Source: Antedon mediterranea
Taxonomy: Eukaryota > Animalia > Echinodermata
Direction of reading: 5' to 3'
Assembly: GCF_964355755.1 (NCBI RefSeq)
Contig: NC_092677.1
Coordinates: 17,134,101 to 17,198,100, forward strand
Length of the DNA stretch: 64,000 nucleotides
Under the pieces are notes generated by a model that was not told the DNA's origin, did no database searches, and worked only from the letters and a program-made list of their open reading frames with translations. The position numbers and the translations under genes are program-made. Shown here piece after piece: positions 36,701-49,985 of the stretch (position 1 is its first letter; each line of letters begins with the position of its first letter).

Positions 36701-38165
36701 TTAATGCTCCCCTAAATCAGCCCAGTGAGACCATGTGGTGCATGTGCTTTGGTTGTACACGCAGAGAGATAAAATGTTTTGATGTAGGTATTCGTGTCCA
36801 CAAATCAAATACCCAGAATACAAGATCATTCAATTGTGAGAACGCTGCCCGATCACGATATTTATTTTCATACATAAGTTGGGGACCCCTCATGAAACGT
36901 CAATAAAAATGAATTCATTAGTCATCCATAAGGCTTGACGTACGAAAACAAAAAAAGATCATCCATAATCACTGAAAAAAGCTTAGCTTAGCTTACGGTG
37001 ACACACCACAAAACATAGTTTTGTAGTCGAGTCTCACAGAATATTCACAAAATAAACATAAATGGACCTTTATGGTGCTTTTTTTTTCTAAACGATTTGA
37101 ATAATAAAGGTATATCGAGAAAAACATGTTGTTTTTTTTTAGCACTTCAGCTTATTGCACAAGAGGACAATAACGGCCATGTTCAGCAGCAAAGCCAAAG
37201 CAAACATGTGGGATATAAGGTGGAAGCTTTCCAAAGATATTTGTATGGCACTTAATTTCAGCTTTGGAATGTTCTATGAAAAGCAGATTACACAAAGCAT
37301 TTTGAATTAAAGGTAGGCCTATACAACAAACAATTCAATTGTCCATTTTCAATGTACCATACATTAACAAATTGACAAAAACTAATCACTTTTTCTATTA
37401 AAATGCCCTAAAAACGTTAGATTATAGGACACCCAATGGGGGCCTTTCCCCCGATTTTTTAAATTTAGTCACAAACTTCATGGCTGGATCTGGATGTAAC
37501 TACAAAATGAGTCAGTGGCGGATCCAGATGGGGGCGCACGCTCCCCTATAAATCTGGAAAAACAAAAAATTATCCTACCATAAGGAAAAAAAAAAAATTG
37601 GGAAAAAAGCGTACTTTCACTTTTGATTAAAATACATTGTTTCAGCGCCGTGCTAATTTACTTCTTATTAGAGGTCACCATTGCCGTTGCTGTCTGTAAA
37701 TTTCTAAGAGTTGCGAAATGAATAGCCTATTTTCACCTGAAACGCATTTTGGTACCTGGATGTAACAATATTGACGCGTGTATCGTACCCATACTCGGGG
37801 CACGAACAATTTGTACAAAGGACACCGCCATACAACCGCGTAGGCCTACCTAGATCGCTGGCAGTCAGCAAGCATAAATAAAAGTGTATATACGTCAAAA
37901 ATGGAACGCCGTGGTTACCTACATCATCATAGAGGATATGTTAATAATATAGTACACTAACCGTGATAACTGTGTACTGTAGTATACATTATAGCAACCG
38001 ATTTTTTTTCTAGGCCACCCACCCAACTGTATCAATACCTATTTATATTTATATATTTAATTTCTTCAACAAATTGATTTAAATAAATATTGAGCTATAT
38101 TAAGCATTAAATTTGCGCGCTTTTTTTTCGGGGCTTCCCCTAGATGTACGTTTGCATTTGAACTT

Positions 38166-40770
38166 TATTATTATTTATACAAATTATCAGGAATTCCAAA
38201 ATATTAACACAGGGATATTAGTTAACGACATATCTGACCACTTTGCAGTTTTCTGCATGGATGATTCAGAAAATTATTCATTACCACGATCAGAAAAATT
38301 TATAATAAAAAGAAGCTATACTGATCAACAAAAACGGCAATTTAGACTTGAATTACAGGGCTATGATTGGCAATATGTAACTAGCATTGAAAATTCGAAT
38401 GAATCATATAAATGTTTCTCAGATTCTTTAAAAACAATGATAGATAAGCATTTCCCACTAAAAAGAGTTAGATTAAAAGTAGATACAATTAAATCCCCGT
38501 GGATAACATATGGAATTCAAAAATCTCTTTGTACCAAAAATAAATTATACATCAAATATAAACAGAAACCAACAGATATAAATAAATCTAAATATAAGAA
38601 ATATAAGAATAAGTTAACATCAATAATAAGAGAAAGGAAAACTATTTATTACAAAAATGAATTTGAAAAGCACAAGAGTAATATAAAGAAAACATGGGGT
38701 GTCATAAACTCATTATTAGGTAGGAAGAAACATCAAGACATGCCTCAAAAAATGAAAATCAACTCCCATCAACTTAATGACCCAACATCCATAGCCAATG
38801 CGTTTAACACATACTTTATAAATATAGGTGACCAAATGACAGGTGATGATAACCGTAATAGTAACACCGAATATAAAATACAACATGACATTTTGAATTC
38901 AATGTTTTTTAGAGCTGTATCCGAGTCCGATATCATTAAATACATTAATGACTTAAATGTAAATAAGTCAAGTGGTTGTGATGACATTGGTACCATTTAT
39001 ATAAAAAATAACTCAGATATACTGGCTAAACCGTTATCTCATATAATCAATGTATCCCTTCAATCGGGTGTATTTCCTTGTCAACTAAAAATTGCTAAAA
39101 CAATTCCTGTGTATAAAAAAGGAGCAAGAGAGAACATAGAAAATTATAGACCGATATCGATATTACCATGTATATCTAAGGTATTTGAAAGGGTCGTATA
39201 TGACCAAACAATCGCTTTTTTGTGTAAATATGATATGTTACATGAATCTCAATATGGATTCAGGGCAGGTCATTCAACTAACCACGCCCTCCTACAAGTC
39301 CTTGATAAAATAACAACAGCCGTTGACAACAAGCAATTTATGATTGGCGTATTTTTGGATTTATCCAAGGCGTTCGATTCGATAGATCATGAATTATTGC
39401 TCACAAAATTGCCCCATTATGGAATAAGAGGCGTGGTTCTTGATTGGTACCGAAGCTACCTTAGAGAAAGACAACAATTCATACAAATTGGGAAGTGTCA
39501 GTCTGTAACCAAAATAATAAAACAAGGCGTTCCACAAGGGTCAATCCTTGGACCCCTGCTGTTTTTGATTTTCATAAATGACATGTTTTCTGTAAGTAAT
39601 GTCGTTGATTTAATAATGTTTGCAGATGATACGAATATGTTTTTACAACACAATGATATCGTCACTGCCTTTACAATAATGACAAATGAACTAAATAAAA
39701 TTGAGAAATGGTGTAAAACTAATAGATTAACTATTAATACAACCAAGACTACGTATATGTTATTTAGTGGAAAGAATACCAACATTGACACATCCCAATT
39801 TGTACTTTCAATAAATAGAGTTTCAATAGATAGAGTACCATATACTAAATTTCTCGGTGTCATCATTGATGAGAAACTGAACTTTAGACACCATACAAAT
39901 GCAGTTTCTTGTAAAGCATCCTCAATAATTGGTGCCATGTGTCATATAAAAAAATTAGTATCTACTGAAGTGTTACTTACCATATACAAGACACTTATAT
40001 TACCAGTGTTGACATATGGTATTATTGTATGGGGTGCGGGAAACAAAGACAATTTGGATCGCCTTCTATTGCTTCAGAAAAAAGCTCTTAGGATCATTTG
40101 TAAGGTAGACTTTCATCATCCCTCTTCTCAGCTCTTTGTGAAAACGGGCACATTTAATATATTTGATTTGTATAAAAACAGTGTTTTAAATTTTATGTTT
40201 AAATACCAAAAAGGACAACTTCCAAAATGTTTTAATTCTTTATTCAGTTTATTTGATAATTATCATACATATAACACTCGAAATAAAGACAATTATTGTA
40301 TAAAATTAAAATCAACTAATATGGGTCAGCAAAGTATAGCATATAGAGGACCTAAGCTATGGAATCAACTTATAAGAAATATAAGAGAGAGTGAAAATAT
40401 ATCAATATTTAAAAAACTATTACTAAATAAATGCATTAATAGTTATAAAGAAACAATATATCTTTGCGAAAACAACATTTGTAAAATATGTCTAACTTTA
40501 ACTTAATTAATTACATGTTCGTATATATTCTGAGACTGATGTATAGATATATATTATATTATAGTACGTTGTATTTTCCTTCATTTATTTACTACATGAA
40601 AACATTTTTGTAATATATTTGTAAATTTATATTTTAAGTTAGGGTGCCACAGATTAAAAGCTTTGCTTGCTTGTGGTTATCCTGTTTTTCACACTTTATT
40701 GTACTTAATCTTTTATTTATATTTTTATGAATGTTGTGTGAAAAATAAAAGAATCAATCAATCAATCAAA
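38166..40770 (+). mobile_element. 5'-truncated CR1-group (Crack/Daphne/L2-like) LINE
   Basis: Open frame from the end of the APE domain to the stop at 40506; 3' UTR stem-loop, AATAAA at 40744 and (AATC)n tail; possible AACTT TSD. Confidence 0.9.
38170..40506 (+). CDS. LINE ORF2 remnant: APE endonuclease C-terminus plus complete reverse transcriptase
   Basis: ISDHFAVF (APE end), SPWIT, NYRPISILP, QYGFRAGHST, DLSKAFD, GVPQGSILGPLLF, FADD, KFLGVIID, YNTR; no native start (the track's start lies in the host element). Confidence 0.9.
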   Translation: MIYTNYQEFQNINTGILVNDISDHFAVFCMDDSENYSLPRSEKFIIKRSYTDQQKRQFRLELQGYDWQYVTSIENSNESYKCFSDSLKTMIDKHFPLKRVRLKVDTIKSPWITYGIQKSLCTKNKLYIKYKQKPTDINKSKYKKYKNKLTSIIRERKTIYYKNEFEKHKSNIKKTWGVINSLLGRKKHQDMPQKMKINSHQLNDPTSIANAFNTYFINIGDQMTGDDNRNSNTEYKIQHDILNSMFFRAVSESDIIKYINDLNVNKSSGCDDIGTIYIKNNSDILAKPLSHIINVSLQSGVFPCQLKIAKTIPVYKKGARENIENYRPISILPCISKVFERVVYDQTIAFLCKYDMLHESQYGFRAGHSTNHALLQVLDKITTAVDNKQFMIGVFLDLSKAFDSIDHELLLTKLPHYGIRGVVLDWYRSYLRERQQFIQIGKCQSVTKIIKQGVPQGSILGPLLFLIFINDMFSVSNVVDLIMFADDTNMFLQHNDIVTAFTIMTNELNKIEKWCKTNRLTINTTKTTYMLFSGKNTNIDTSQFVLSINRVSIDRVPYTKFLGVIIDEKLNFRHHTNAVSCKASSIIGAMCHIKKLVSTEVLLTIYKTLILPVLTYGIIVWGAGNKDNLDRLLLLQKKALRIICKVDFHHPSSQLFVKTGTFNIFDLYKNSVLNFMFKYQKGQLPKCFNSLFSLFDNYHTYNTRNKDNYCIKLKSTNMGQQSIAYRGPKLWNQLIRNIRESENISIFKKLLLNKCINSYKETIYLCENNICKICLTLT

Positions 40771-40945
40771 AACTTGAACGCAACGCAATCAAAACAAAAT
40801 AGTGAGTGAATAAAATCGGCAACAAAATTTTATATCGTCATGTAATTAGTCACGTGTGTTTATTGGAGGGAAGAAGTAGGCCTATGATCGTTTTGCTCAT
40901 TGGTAGCATGGTAAATATTATGAGAGTGTCTTTTCCTACAAATTG

Positions 40946-41661
40946 GAGGTGCCATTTATCATGAATTTTATGTGCGAGCGTACCATTTCTTCCGGCCATC
41001 TGTGGCGTCCTTTAACAAAGTTCGCTTCGCCACAGATCCTGTCGATGGCCCTGGACAAGCACCTTTTTCCGCCATGTACGTAAAAATGCTGACTTGCGCG
41101 AAACGCCCTGTTGTGACACTTTTAATCAAAATAGGCCTATAGGGAAAATGTCACCCTTTAATAGGCTAGTACCTCAGTTTTCATATTTAAAATATCAATT
41201 TTTAATACATTTATTTAACGTGAGAGTGCCATTTCCAACCATCTAGAGGTGTTACATTTTCAAAATCGCCTAAACTCAGCTCCAACCATGTTGGGGCTGA
41301 GTTGGTGTAAAATAGAGGTGCCATTTATCATGAATGTTATGTTCGAGAGTACCAATTTCTTCTGGCCATCTGAAGCGTCATTTAACAAAAGGTCGCTCCG
41401 CCACAGTTCCTGTCGACGGCCCTGGACAAGGGGCCTTTTTCTGCCATGTACGTGCAAACACTGGCTTGCGCGAAATGCCCTGTTGTGACGCTTTTACTCA
41501 AAATAGGCCTATAGGGAAAATGTCACCATTTAATAGGCTAGTGCCTCAGTTTTCATATTTAAAATATCAATTTTTATTACATTATTTAACGTGAGAGTGC
41601 CATTTCCGACCATCTAGAGGTGTTACATTTTCAAAATCGTCTCAACTCAGCCCCAACCATC
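40946..41661. repeat. Tandem duplication of about 370 bp inside the hAT-like element
   Basis: GAGGTGCCATTTATCATGAA at 40946 and 41315; both units end AACTCAGCYCCAACCAT. Confidence 0.9.
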
Positions 41662-41806
41662 AAGTTGGACTTGACTTTCTACAGTTGCGCCCCCCCCCCC
41701 CCCTTTCACAAAATCCTGGATCCGCCCCTGTGAGTAATAAGTAACTGGCGATCAATAAGAAAAACATTTATATATTCAGGGATACAATACTACTGGTATA
41801 TTTTAA

Positions 41807-42295
41807 AGCCCCATTCCCTACGTTTTTTAGATCTAATTTAAGGTCAAACTACATTTAATGTAAAAATAAATACTATTTGGTATTCTAATAATTAAAGAGG
41901 CCTGCTATATTTTCGTTTTTCTTCTGTGATTCACCCACTTCACTCGATCGTGACTTTCCAGCAAAAATACTGGGTTTCCCTGAATTTGTATTAACAGATT
42001 CTGGCAAAAACAGAAAGACAAATAATGCAGACTAGACAACATCAGGATAGGCCTATAGCTATCGTATGATGTTCGTACATTACTACTGTTTACCAGCTAG
42101 GCCTAAAAAACGTAGATAGGCTAGGTCTAAAGACCATCCGCGAGAGGACATTTACCGAAAGCTACTTAAGAAGTGCATTGTTTCTCTCTTTTTATCATAA
42201 TTTACCATAAAACGTACATTTAGGACAAGGAATGTCCTGGTTTAATTTAAATGCATTATTTTCACAAAATGTAAAAAATTGTAGGGAATTGGTCT
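41807..42295 (+). mobile_element. Kolobok-like MITE, diverged and deleted copy (489 bp)
   Basis: TTAA|AGCCCCATTCCCTAC ... GTAGGGAATTGGTCT|TTAA with internal deletions. Confidence 0.85.
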
Positions 42296-42399
42296 TTAAT
42301 TTCCTACATCTGAAATGAAAGTTGACAGGCCCTTTGATTGAGATCTAGTAGGCATACTATTTTTTTCTTTCAAAATATTATTTGTAAAGCAATACTTAC

Positions 42400-42601
42400 C
42401 GTTTTTTTTTTGGCTGAAATAATTGTTCTTCTGCGTGACAACAAATTAATATAGAATAACTACATGGAACATGAAGGTAGTTATGCTGCCTTCCACCTCT
42501 CAACTGTAAAATGTGCCACACCCCGGGTTAAGACCCTCTTTTATAGAAGCTGTGGGAATTTCCAATTTTTGTCGAAATTTGAGGGACAATAAGCAGGAAA
42601 T
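42400..42601 (-). promoter_or_regulatory. Candidate promoter and non-coding first exon of the kinase gene (TATA, NF-kB, ETS)
   Basis: Minus-strand TATAAAA 42545-42539; GGGAATTTCC 42554-42563; CAGGAAAT 42594-42601; CA initiator at ~42514; G|GTAAGT donor at 42399; matching TTGCAG acceptor at 35448, 27 nt before the ATG. Confidence 0.5.
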
Positions 42602-43464
42602 AATGGTTCATATTCTGTATATTGTTTGACTGTTTATATAACTTTACTAAAGTTCGGACTATTTCATTGCAAAAGGAACCATGAACTAGAAGAATCCTTG
42701 TATGTAATAAAGAAGTTCACTGTTTATCATGGGCTACTATGAAAATATCAATCGTGAGAACCCTGATTGCTGTTTGTTTGAAAAATATCATTTTATTATT
42801 ATCTGGAAAAATATTAAATGTTATTAAAGTTATCTACCGTACTTTCATAAACATAAACTAAATTATTATTCCCATTTTGACACCCATTTCACCTTTGCTT
42901 TAGATTTGTAGTTTTTGTTTGTATTACTAGTGCTAAGAAATCAAGAAATTACACACACTATAATGACGTAATTGTCATGATAAAGAGAAACCTGTTCACA
43001 TAGAAATTAGATCATGAATAGATGTCTTGTATGAAACCTGACCCAAAAAGGTTGTGTGCAATCACTTGGAAATACTAAATCAAATGCTGATTGGTTGATT
43101 CTATCTTATGAATTAATTTATCACTTTGAACTAGCTTAATCATGTTTATTCAACATGATCCAGATCATGTTAGGATGAATAAGTGGATCACATTATTTGA
43201 TCATTTTAATATGACTGGTTTGATCATTATCAGTGGAAGCATGATTGTACAGTGAATGTGAATAAACCTACTGTACTAAGTCTTATTTTGCGTGGATCTG
43301 TTTCAATCATTGTATCCCATCCCATCATATGGGAGTAATGTTTATGCAAGTTCTTTTCTCAATGTTCTTGCTAAAATACTAATAATGAATTATTTAACCA
43401 TACAGTTCCACATTCTTTCACTCTTATATTTCCATTCGGGGAGTTGCCGCATTTTTACGGGGTA

Positions 43465-46400
43465 CAGTACTGGTCAGAGGACTTTCGACATTCCTCGCGT
43501 GTTTTGAACGAGTGTTTACCGAGCGTTGTTCGAGTATTGCTAGCGATAATCACGAGCGTCGCTATCCTCGAGTAATACATTAAGGTCACAATCCACGCAT
43601 GAACGGTTTTATCGAGCAGGGATTTCCGGCGAGCAGTTTATCACGATGTCATTGTCTTTCGTGTTCTACGTTATTAGCGTGAAAAACTAGGCCGTTGTCG
43701 GCGATAATAATTTATTTTAGAAATACCAAATGTCAATCAACAATCAACAAGTCAGCTTATAATAGACGATTTTCGTTCGCTCAGTCGTGACGAGCCGAGT
43801 GTAACAAACAAAAATAACATAGCGTTTTCAGGGTATTTCAGGACACCATGTTGATTGTACCGCCTGAAATGTCAGTAATTGATTCTATTGTTATTTATTT
43901 CAAAGGCAAACCATGTCATTTTTTGGGGGCTCTTTAGATGTTTAATATAATAAAATCATTTAGTAATGTTAGGCTTACTTTATTAGGCCTAGGCTAGTAT
44001 AGTATTTATATGTCAGACTCGACTCTTGCTGCGGGGAGAAAGTGCACGGTGTAGAGCATATGTAAACAAAATGTTTAAAATTCTTTGGTATATTTCTACA
44101 TAACATATTTAGATTGAATAGCTGTACTTACTTTATAAATTATTCATTTATTAGACCACTTAATAAGTTGTTGAATTGAATATTCTACGAGAAACCAACA
44201 AAGTACAAATTATTTTCTGACATTTGTCTCTCGTGTGATGATGTACACTATAAACAACAACGTTTGGTAAATGGTACGATCCACTTTGGGGTGTCCATAT
44301 TTTATTATCACGTATTTGACATAGGAATCAGAATTTCAAAAATAATAATTTTAATAACAGTATGAGTATATTATAACAATTTTTATCAACAAAAAAAACG
44401 ATACTTAAGGATGTTGTTTTTTCCACAAAAACATTACCCCATTTACTACACTGTCCTCTTCCACTGTTAATTGAACCATGTGATTGACCTCAGAGTTCAG
44501 TCAGTAAACACATGATCTGCAGCCGTGGTGCCGCAACTCGCACATGGCTTAGTTTGAATGTTGTGCAGAAAGAAAAATAAAATCATACGTTAAGAAATTA
44601 CATTTATTTTCAATTAATTACCGTAGCATAGCCTATGTACTGTATGTAATCGTCACCGATATAATTATCTATATATAAATTTACGTAAGGGCAAAATTCG
44701 GTAAATCGCGCGTTATTTCTAGAATGTTTACTCGATGGTATATAAAGTTGGTTAGAATCTCGGTACTGATTTTAACCACCTGATGTAACCCTGTTTACTA
44801 ATTAAATTGAGTTAGATAATTAGTTATTGACAATTAAAACGAATTTAGGTTCAACGATTTGCCCCAAATAGGGGTGTTTTTCGATCGTGGTATACACTGT
44901 CTAATGGATGTCCGTCTTGAAAAATACCCACAGACAATAATACGAGGATGCTTCGCATTTTCCTATCTCCTCCTACGATAATTGTTTTTAATGGCTGAAA
45001 ACCGGTTGAACAGCTCGAGTACAGCATCATAATGTTGAAGACAGGCCGCTTTTCTTTAAAAAATACTATTTTGATAGATTTAATATATGTTTATACAAAT
45101 GTATTGATTTGCGATGAATGGAACATTCCAATCTCTGTGTCGTTCCACAAGTGTCTATTCCCTCAGGCGTCGTAAAGGCAAGTACTGTATACTCATAACA
45201 GAAATTTGATCCATTTTTTTTTTCAATCTGTGCTGCAGAGGTTGGATATAATTTTTTTTAACGGATAATGAGCTAGCATTTTCAGTCGCAGTATATTATG
45301 TAAACATCTTTATTATTGCATTTAAACCACCCACATCATCACCCTTCCCTCACTGGCATGAGTAGCGTTGTAAAGCCAGTACAGGATAGGCCTACGGTGC
45401 ATCACATCCCCTAAACGCAGAACAACTTTGGTGGGTAGGGTAAGAACCAACTTAAGTATGAATTGGCTCTAAGAAACAATTGAAAACCATTAGGCCTACT
45501 AATTAAGTTGAGTTAGATAATTTAATATTTATTGACGATTAAATCGAATTTATGATTTTCCTCGAATAGAGGTGGTTTTCACAAATTGTTTTACATTATA
45601 TAAACATATACGTCGTAGTGATGTATCGTTACATGTACTGTACTATTTCAATCGACTAGGACGGTGATAGTTTCAACAAAGTATTACATCGCAATGTTTT
45701 ACTGTGTTTAGTGGTATATTATTTGTAAAACATGAAAACAATTAATATTTCGTTACTAAATGGATAAAGAATATATTTAATATATTTAAAAATTGTTCCT
45801 CTTTGCACCCATCCTCTTCCCCATCCCTCACCCCTAATGTTACATACAAAACACAAATTAAGTTTGTTTAAATTTGACTTAAACAATTGGTCTCATTTTG
45901 TGACAAGTTTCTCTTTCGGAAGTAATTCTGAGGGTGCTAATTTTAGTTGAGTACATAAATCATTGTCTATTTATTCGTTCCTGTAAACGACATGTATTAT
46001 TGTACGTACATTTGAAATCGCCAGTTTTTTAACGCTGAAATTATTATGTATTCGAGAACCATCTGTGGGCACGACCTAGATGGTACGCGAGCGAAGCGAG
46101 CGTACCATCTAGTTATGTATAATGAACAGTATACATTTTTAAACAAAATAAATAAACTGCATCAAAACGATCGTTTTTGTATGCCCTGGAAAAAAGAAAC
46201 AATTTTGTCATATTCGCAGCGCGAGAGCTGATGAGAAAACCATGTGCTTGCTGCGTGACGTCACATCGCCCAAAGTTTCGTAAATCTAGGGTTGATGACC
46301 ACCAACATAACAAATATCGTAGATGCACGTCTATGCGAGAAGTGAGCGAGCGATATAGTCTAGCTATCATCTCGGTGTTGTTGACTCGGAATTTGAAGAT

Positions 46401-46714
46401 ATGAATTTTACCATGATTTTAAAGCTGTTCATGTGAATTTTAAACGTATATTTTACTGTTTTTTTATTATGTTAATTGATATATTATTTGTTGAAGATAA
46501 ACAAAGTCGGTAATCTAAAGATAAAAAGGACTCATATATTATGTACGTATGATTGATTTCTATTGTTGTTGTAAAACGTTCACGCTTCGCTGGTCGAGGT
46601 CAGCACTCGATCGCTCGATAACTCGATAAACACTCCGGAAACGCTCCACAAACACTCTAGAAAAACAGCAGAAAAACACGAGCGGGAATGTCGAAAGTCC
46701 TCTGACCAGTACTG
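43465..46714. mobile_element. Large non-coding TIR DNA transposon (3.25 kb), TA TSD
   Basis: TA|CAGTACTGGTCAGAGGACTTTCGACATTCC ... GGAATGTCGAAAGTCCTCTGACCAGTACTG|TA; no transposase ORF. Confidence 0.88.
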
Positions 46715-48199
46715 TATATTTTCATGGGCCTAGTAGCATAAGTGTGGGATGGGAAGCTGCAGCATTTATGGGGTATATTTTTGAGGACTTGGTAGCACAA
46801 GCGTGGGATGAAATTAGTAGTCTCTTCAGTTCAAAATGTTACAATTTATCGCACAATATTAACAGGGATTTAGCTATACTGGATGCTAAGCCCATCTCTA
46901 AAGCTGTCCTACCTTTTAGAAACCTAGTTTAGCTGCCAGTGTTATTGCTAACCCCATTGCGAACGATTCCCCTTTGTTCCATTTGAACTAGGCCTACTCT
47001 GATTAAATAGTGCCCCTCACTTTACAGAGGAATATATCATCTGTTCTTAATTAATTGACCTTTAATATACTAGATAATATTATTGGTATTATGATGCAAT
47101 AAATCTTAGCTTATGCTTGATTGGATTAGTGTTGGCTATAGCCATTTGAACTGCATATTAATTGTGTTGAGTATGTTAAAAATACTGGGGTTCCTAAAAA
47201 TGAACCCCATCTGCAATTTGTGTTTAAATATTCTGCCAATTCACATATCAAATATTGTCTCTCTAAACTTTGGAGTCATTATTTATCATGTCTGTATTTT
47301 ATTTTTTTTTTTAATAATGAAATGACCATTAATACATAATAAGTCATAACTATATGCAATTTTGTTAAATAGAAACCGTTCATACTCATTTCGGATTATA
47401 CTGTACTAAACATATGTGTGTGTGGAAACACATCACCTGCAAATAGCATAGCCTGGAGTTGCTCCAACCACCAGACAGAATTTGTGTGAACATGCAGTAG
47501 CTTTGTTTATCTCAACTAAGAGGACAAGCATATAGAAACAAAGAGACAAGATTCAAATCAGGTGGATAACCCAAAGCGGGGAAAACACATAATTTTACTA
47601 ACTGTAGCCAAGTGGAAGATGGTAACTGAAAACTAATGTAGGTTTTCTTTCATCATAGATTAAGTGTAAACAACACTGCTCAGTTTCTTTCATCTTTAGC
47701 AATATTTTATAAAACGTGCAATATCTAGTGGACCCGTGCCAGAGTTTAGTAAAGCCAAGATATGGTATAAACAAACCAGTTTGGTGATGAAAATGTTGAT
47801 CAGTACCCTCACACACTTGGCCTACATCAGCTGCTTAATGCACCTTTGATGGTTTACTAATCAGCATCTTAAGAGGTCCTAATCACTGTTTCAAGGAGTA
47901 CTAATCAGTCTGTTTTGCCTGCAAGCACTGTTAGATCAACTCATACTTTATGGTCTTCTTTTTGTGTTTTAATGTTCACATTGGTATTTAAATTAACCTC
48001 TCACCATAGACAATCGTTTTACACAGAGAACAAATAATTGTCAAATAATGAGTAAAGGCTCATACTGTCTGATTCAAGATTTGTTAATTTGTTAATATTA
48101 ATAGCTGTCAAAAGTTCCCTATCGCTTACCACCCATTTATCCCCTCCTGGTGACCATACTATATTTGTTGGTGTTGGTTTTTTCAGTGGAAAATATAGG

Positions 48200-48810
48200 C
48201 CTATTCATAAACTTTATTCTATTTATTATTTTTTGGCATTATAATATTTGATGATATACTGTACGCGCATTTATTATACAGTTACTCAGCACTTCAATCA
48301 TTATTAATTCCAGGACAACCAGATCATAACAAGTGATGAATCAAGGAACAAAAAATCAATTATTGTTCGTTTGCATAGGGAGATATATTCATAAACTTTC
48401 TGCTGGTTATTATATTGGCATTATAATATTTGATGATATACTGTACGCGCATTTATTATACAGTTACTCAGCACTTCAATCATTATTAATTCCAGGACAA
48501 CCAGATCATAACAAGTGATGAATCAAGGAACAAAAAATCAATTATTTTCCATTTGCAGAGGGAGATATATTCATAAACTTTCTGCTGGTTATTATATTGG
48601 CATTATAATATTTGATGATATACTGTACACATTGGTCTACAGTTAGTTACTCAGCACCTCTATTATTATTAATACCAAAATAACCAGATTACAGAAAGTG
48701 ACGAGACAACAAAATCAATGGTTTCTCTTATAATCATAAACTTTCTTCTAGTTGGCATTTTTTGATGATGTACTATACAAATTAGATTATAGTTACTCAA
48801 CACCAACTTC
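48200..48810. repeat. 182-bp tandem repeat, about 3.5 copies
   Basis: GGCATTATAATATTTGATGATATACTGTAC at 48235, 48417, 48599, and degenerate at 48754. Confidence 0.9.
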
Positions 48811-49764
48811 ATTATAAAAACCTTTCAATTTGCAATGACCTACGCATTGATGTGTTGTGAACCTAGTTGGATATCATGTTATTGTTTTGTGACTGTAAAT
48901 TTTAATAACTGTTACTAATGTGTTGATATAAATTTTGCGGTACACCACATACCACATATGTATAGTTCTGAAAAAGACTGCTGAGTTTCTCAACATTTCG
49001 ATCAATATACTTTGATCAACCTCAGGAGTGACAACTTCAAACAACATATAATTTTAATTAACAAACAAATCAAAATATTTTGAATAATAGGCCATTTTAT
49101 TCCTTCCAACTTACCATTAAATTAGGAATACCATAGGCGGTTCTGAGGTGGGAGAGGTTGCTGTACAGCTGTGCTCTGAATTTTGAAAATGACAAATGCA
49201 AAAGATAGGATTTCGGTCCTAATTCAGCACTTTGGGCCTCACTAATCAAAATCCTGGATCCACCACTGAATACATACAGAACCATTCCTTTGGTACAACC
49301 CTGTTCAGGGGACATTATTTCAGTCTGTCATTTCAACCCAGATTAACTTTCAGTAAATGAAACTTGACAAGATTTAGGTTCATCTTAAAGGGAACTACTT
49401 TTTTTTGACAGATATAGAATATGCAAAAGTGAGTCGATCTTTGTATCTGATTGGTTCAATATTACAATTTAACTAGGGCTAATATAGGCTCATCTCTTCC
49501 CTTGAGACTTGCATAGTCCGGTCACCTTATGTTTTATGACAGAAAAAAAAGTATTTAGTACATTAGTCATATAGCCAATACTGCTGTATTCTGTGTTGAT
49601 GATGCATTTACAGTATATCATTTTCAGATTTATAAAAAAAATATAATTCATCATGAGGCATGAGTTTATTATACAATTAATGAATGTTTTATAATGAGAC
49701 TATTTTACAAAATGTGCAATAAGAGGATAAAATAGTGCATGGCGCATTAAAAGAAATCAATACT

Positions 49765-49985
49765 CTCCACCTTTAGGGCAGCTTCTCCTCCAGGTCACTC
49801 TTCTCCATTCTACATGGTACTGCTCCCCTCCTTCAGGGCACTCCTCCTCTATCCTGTTGGACACTGCTTCCCCTCCTCTAGGGTACAGCTCTCCTCCTCC
49901 AGAGCACTCCTTTCACTCCTCCAGGACTTCTCTCCATCCTACAGGGCACTGATACCTTCCTCCAGTGCACTGCTCCTTCAGCAAC
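49765..49985. repeat. Degenerate pyrimidine-rich minisatellite
   Basis: Recurrent CTCCAGGGCACTCCTC-like units of about 20 bp. Confidence 0.5.

Larger units (their letters stand above)
37513..41730. mobile_element. hAT-like non-autonomous element with 5-bp TSD, hosting a nested LINE
   Basis: TGAGT|CAGTGGCGGATCCAG ... CTGGATCCGCCCCTG|TGAGT; about 1.6 kb without the LINE. Confidence 0.8.

Noticed and set aside
38113-38165. Start of the 797-aa ORF as a real N-terminus
   Set aside because: It lies in the host hAT element; the LINE is 5'-truncated within the endonuclease domain.
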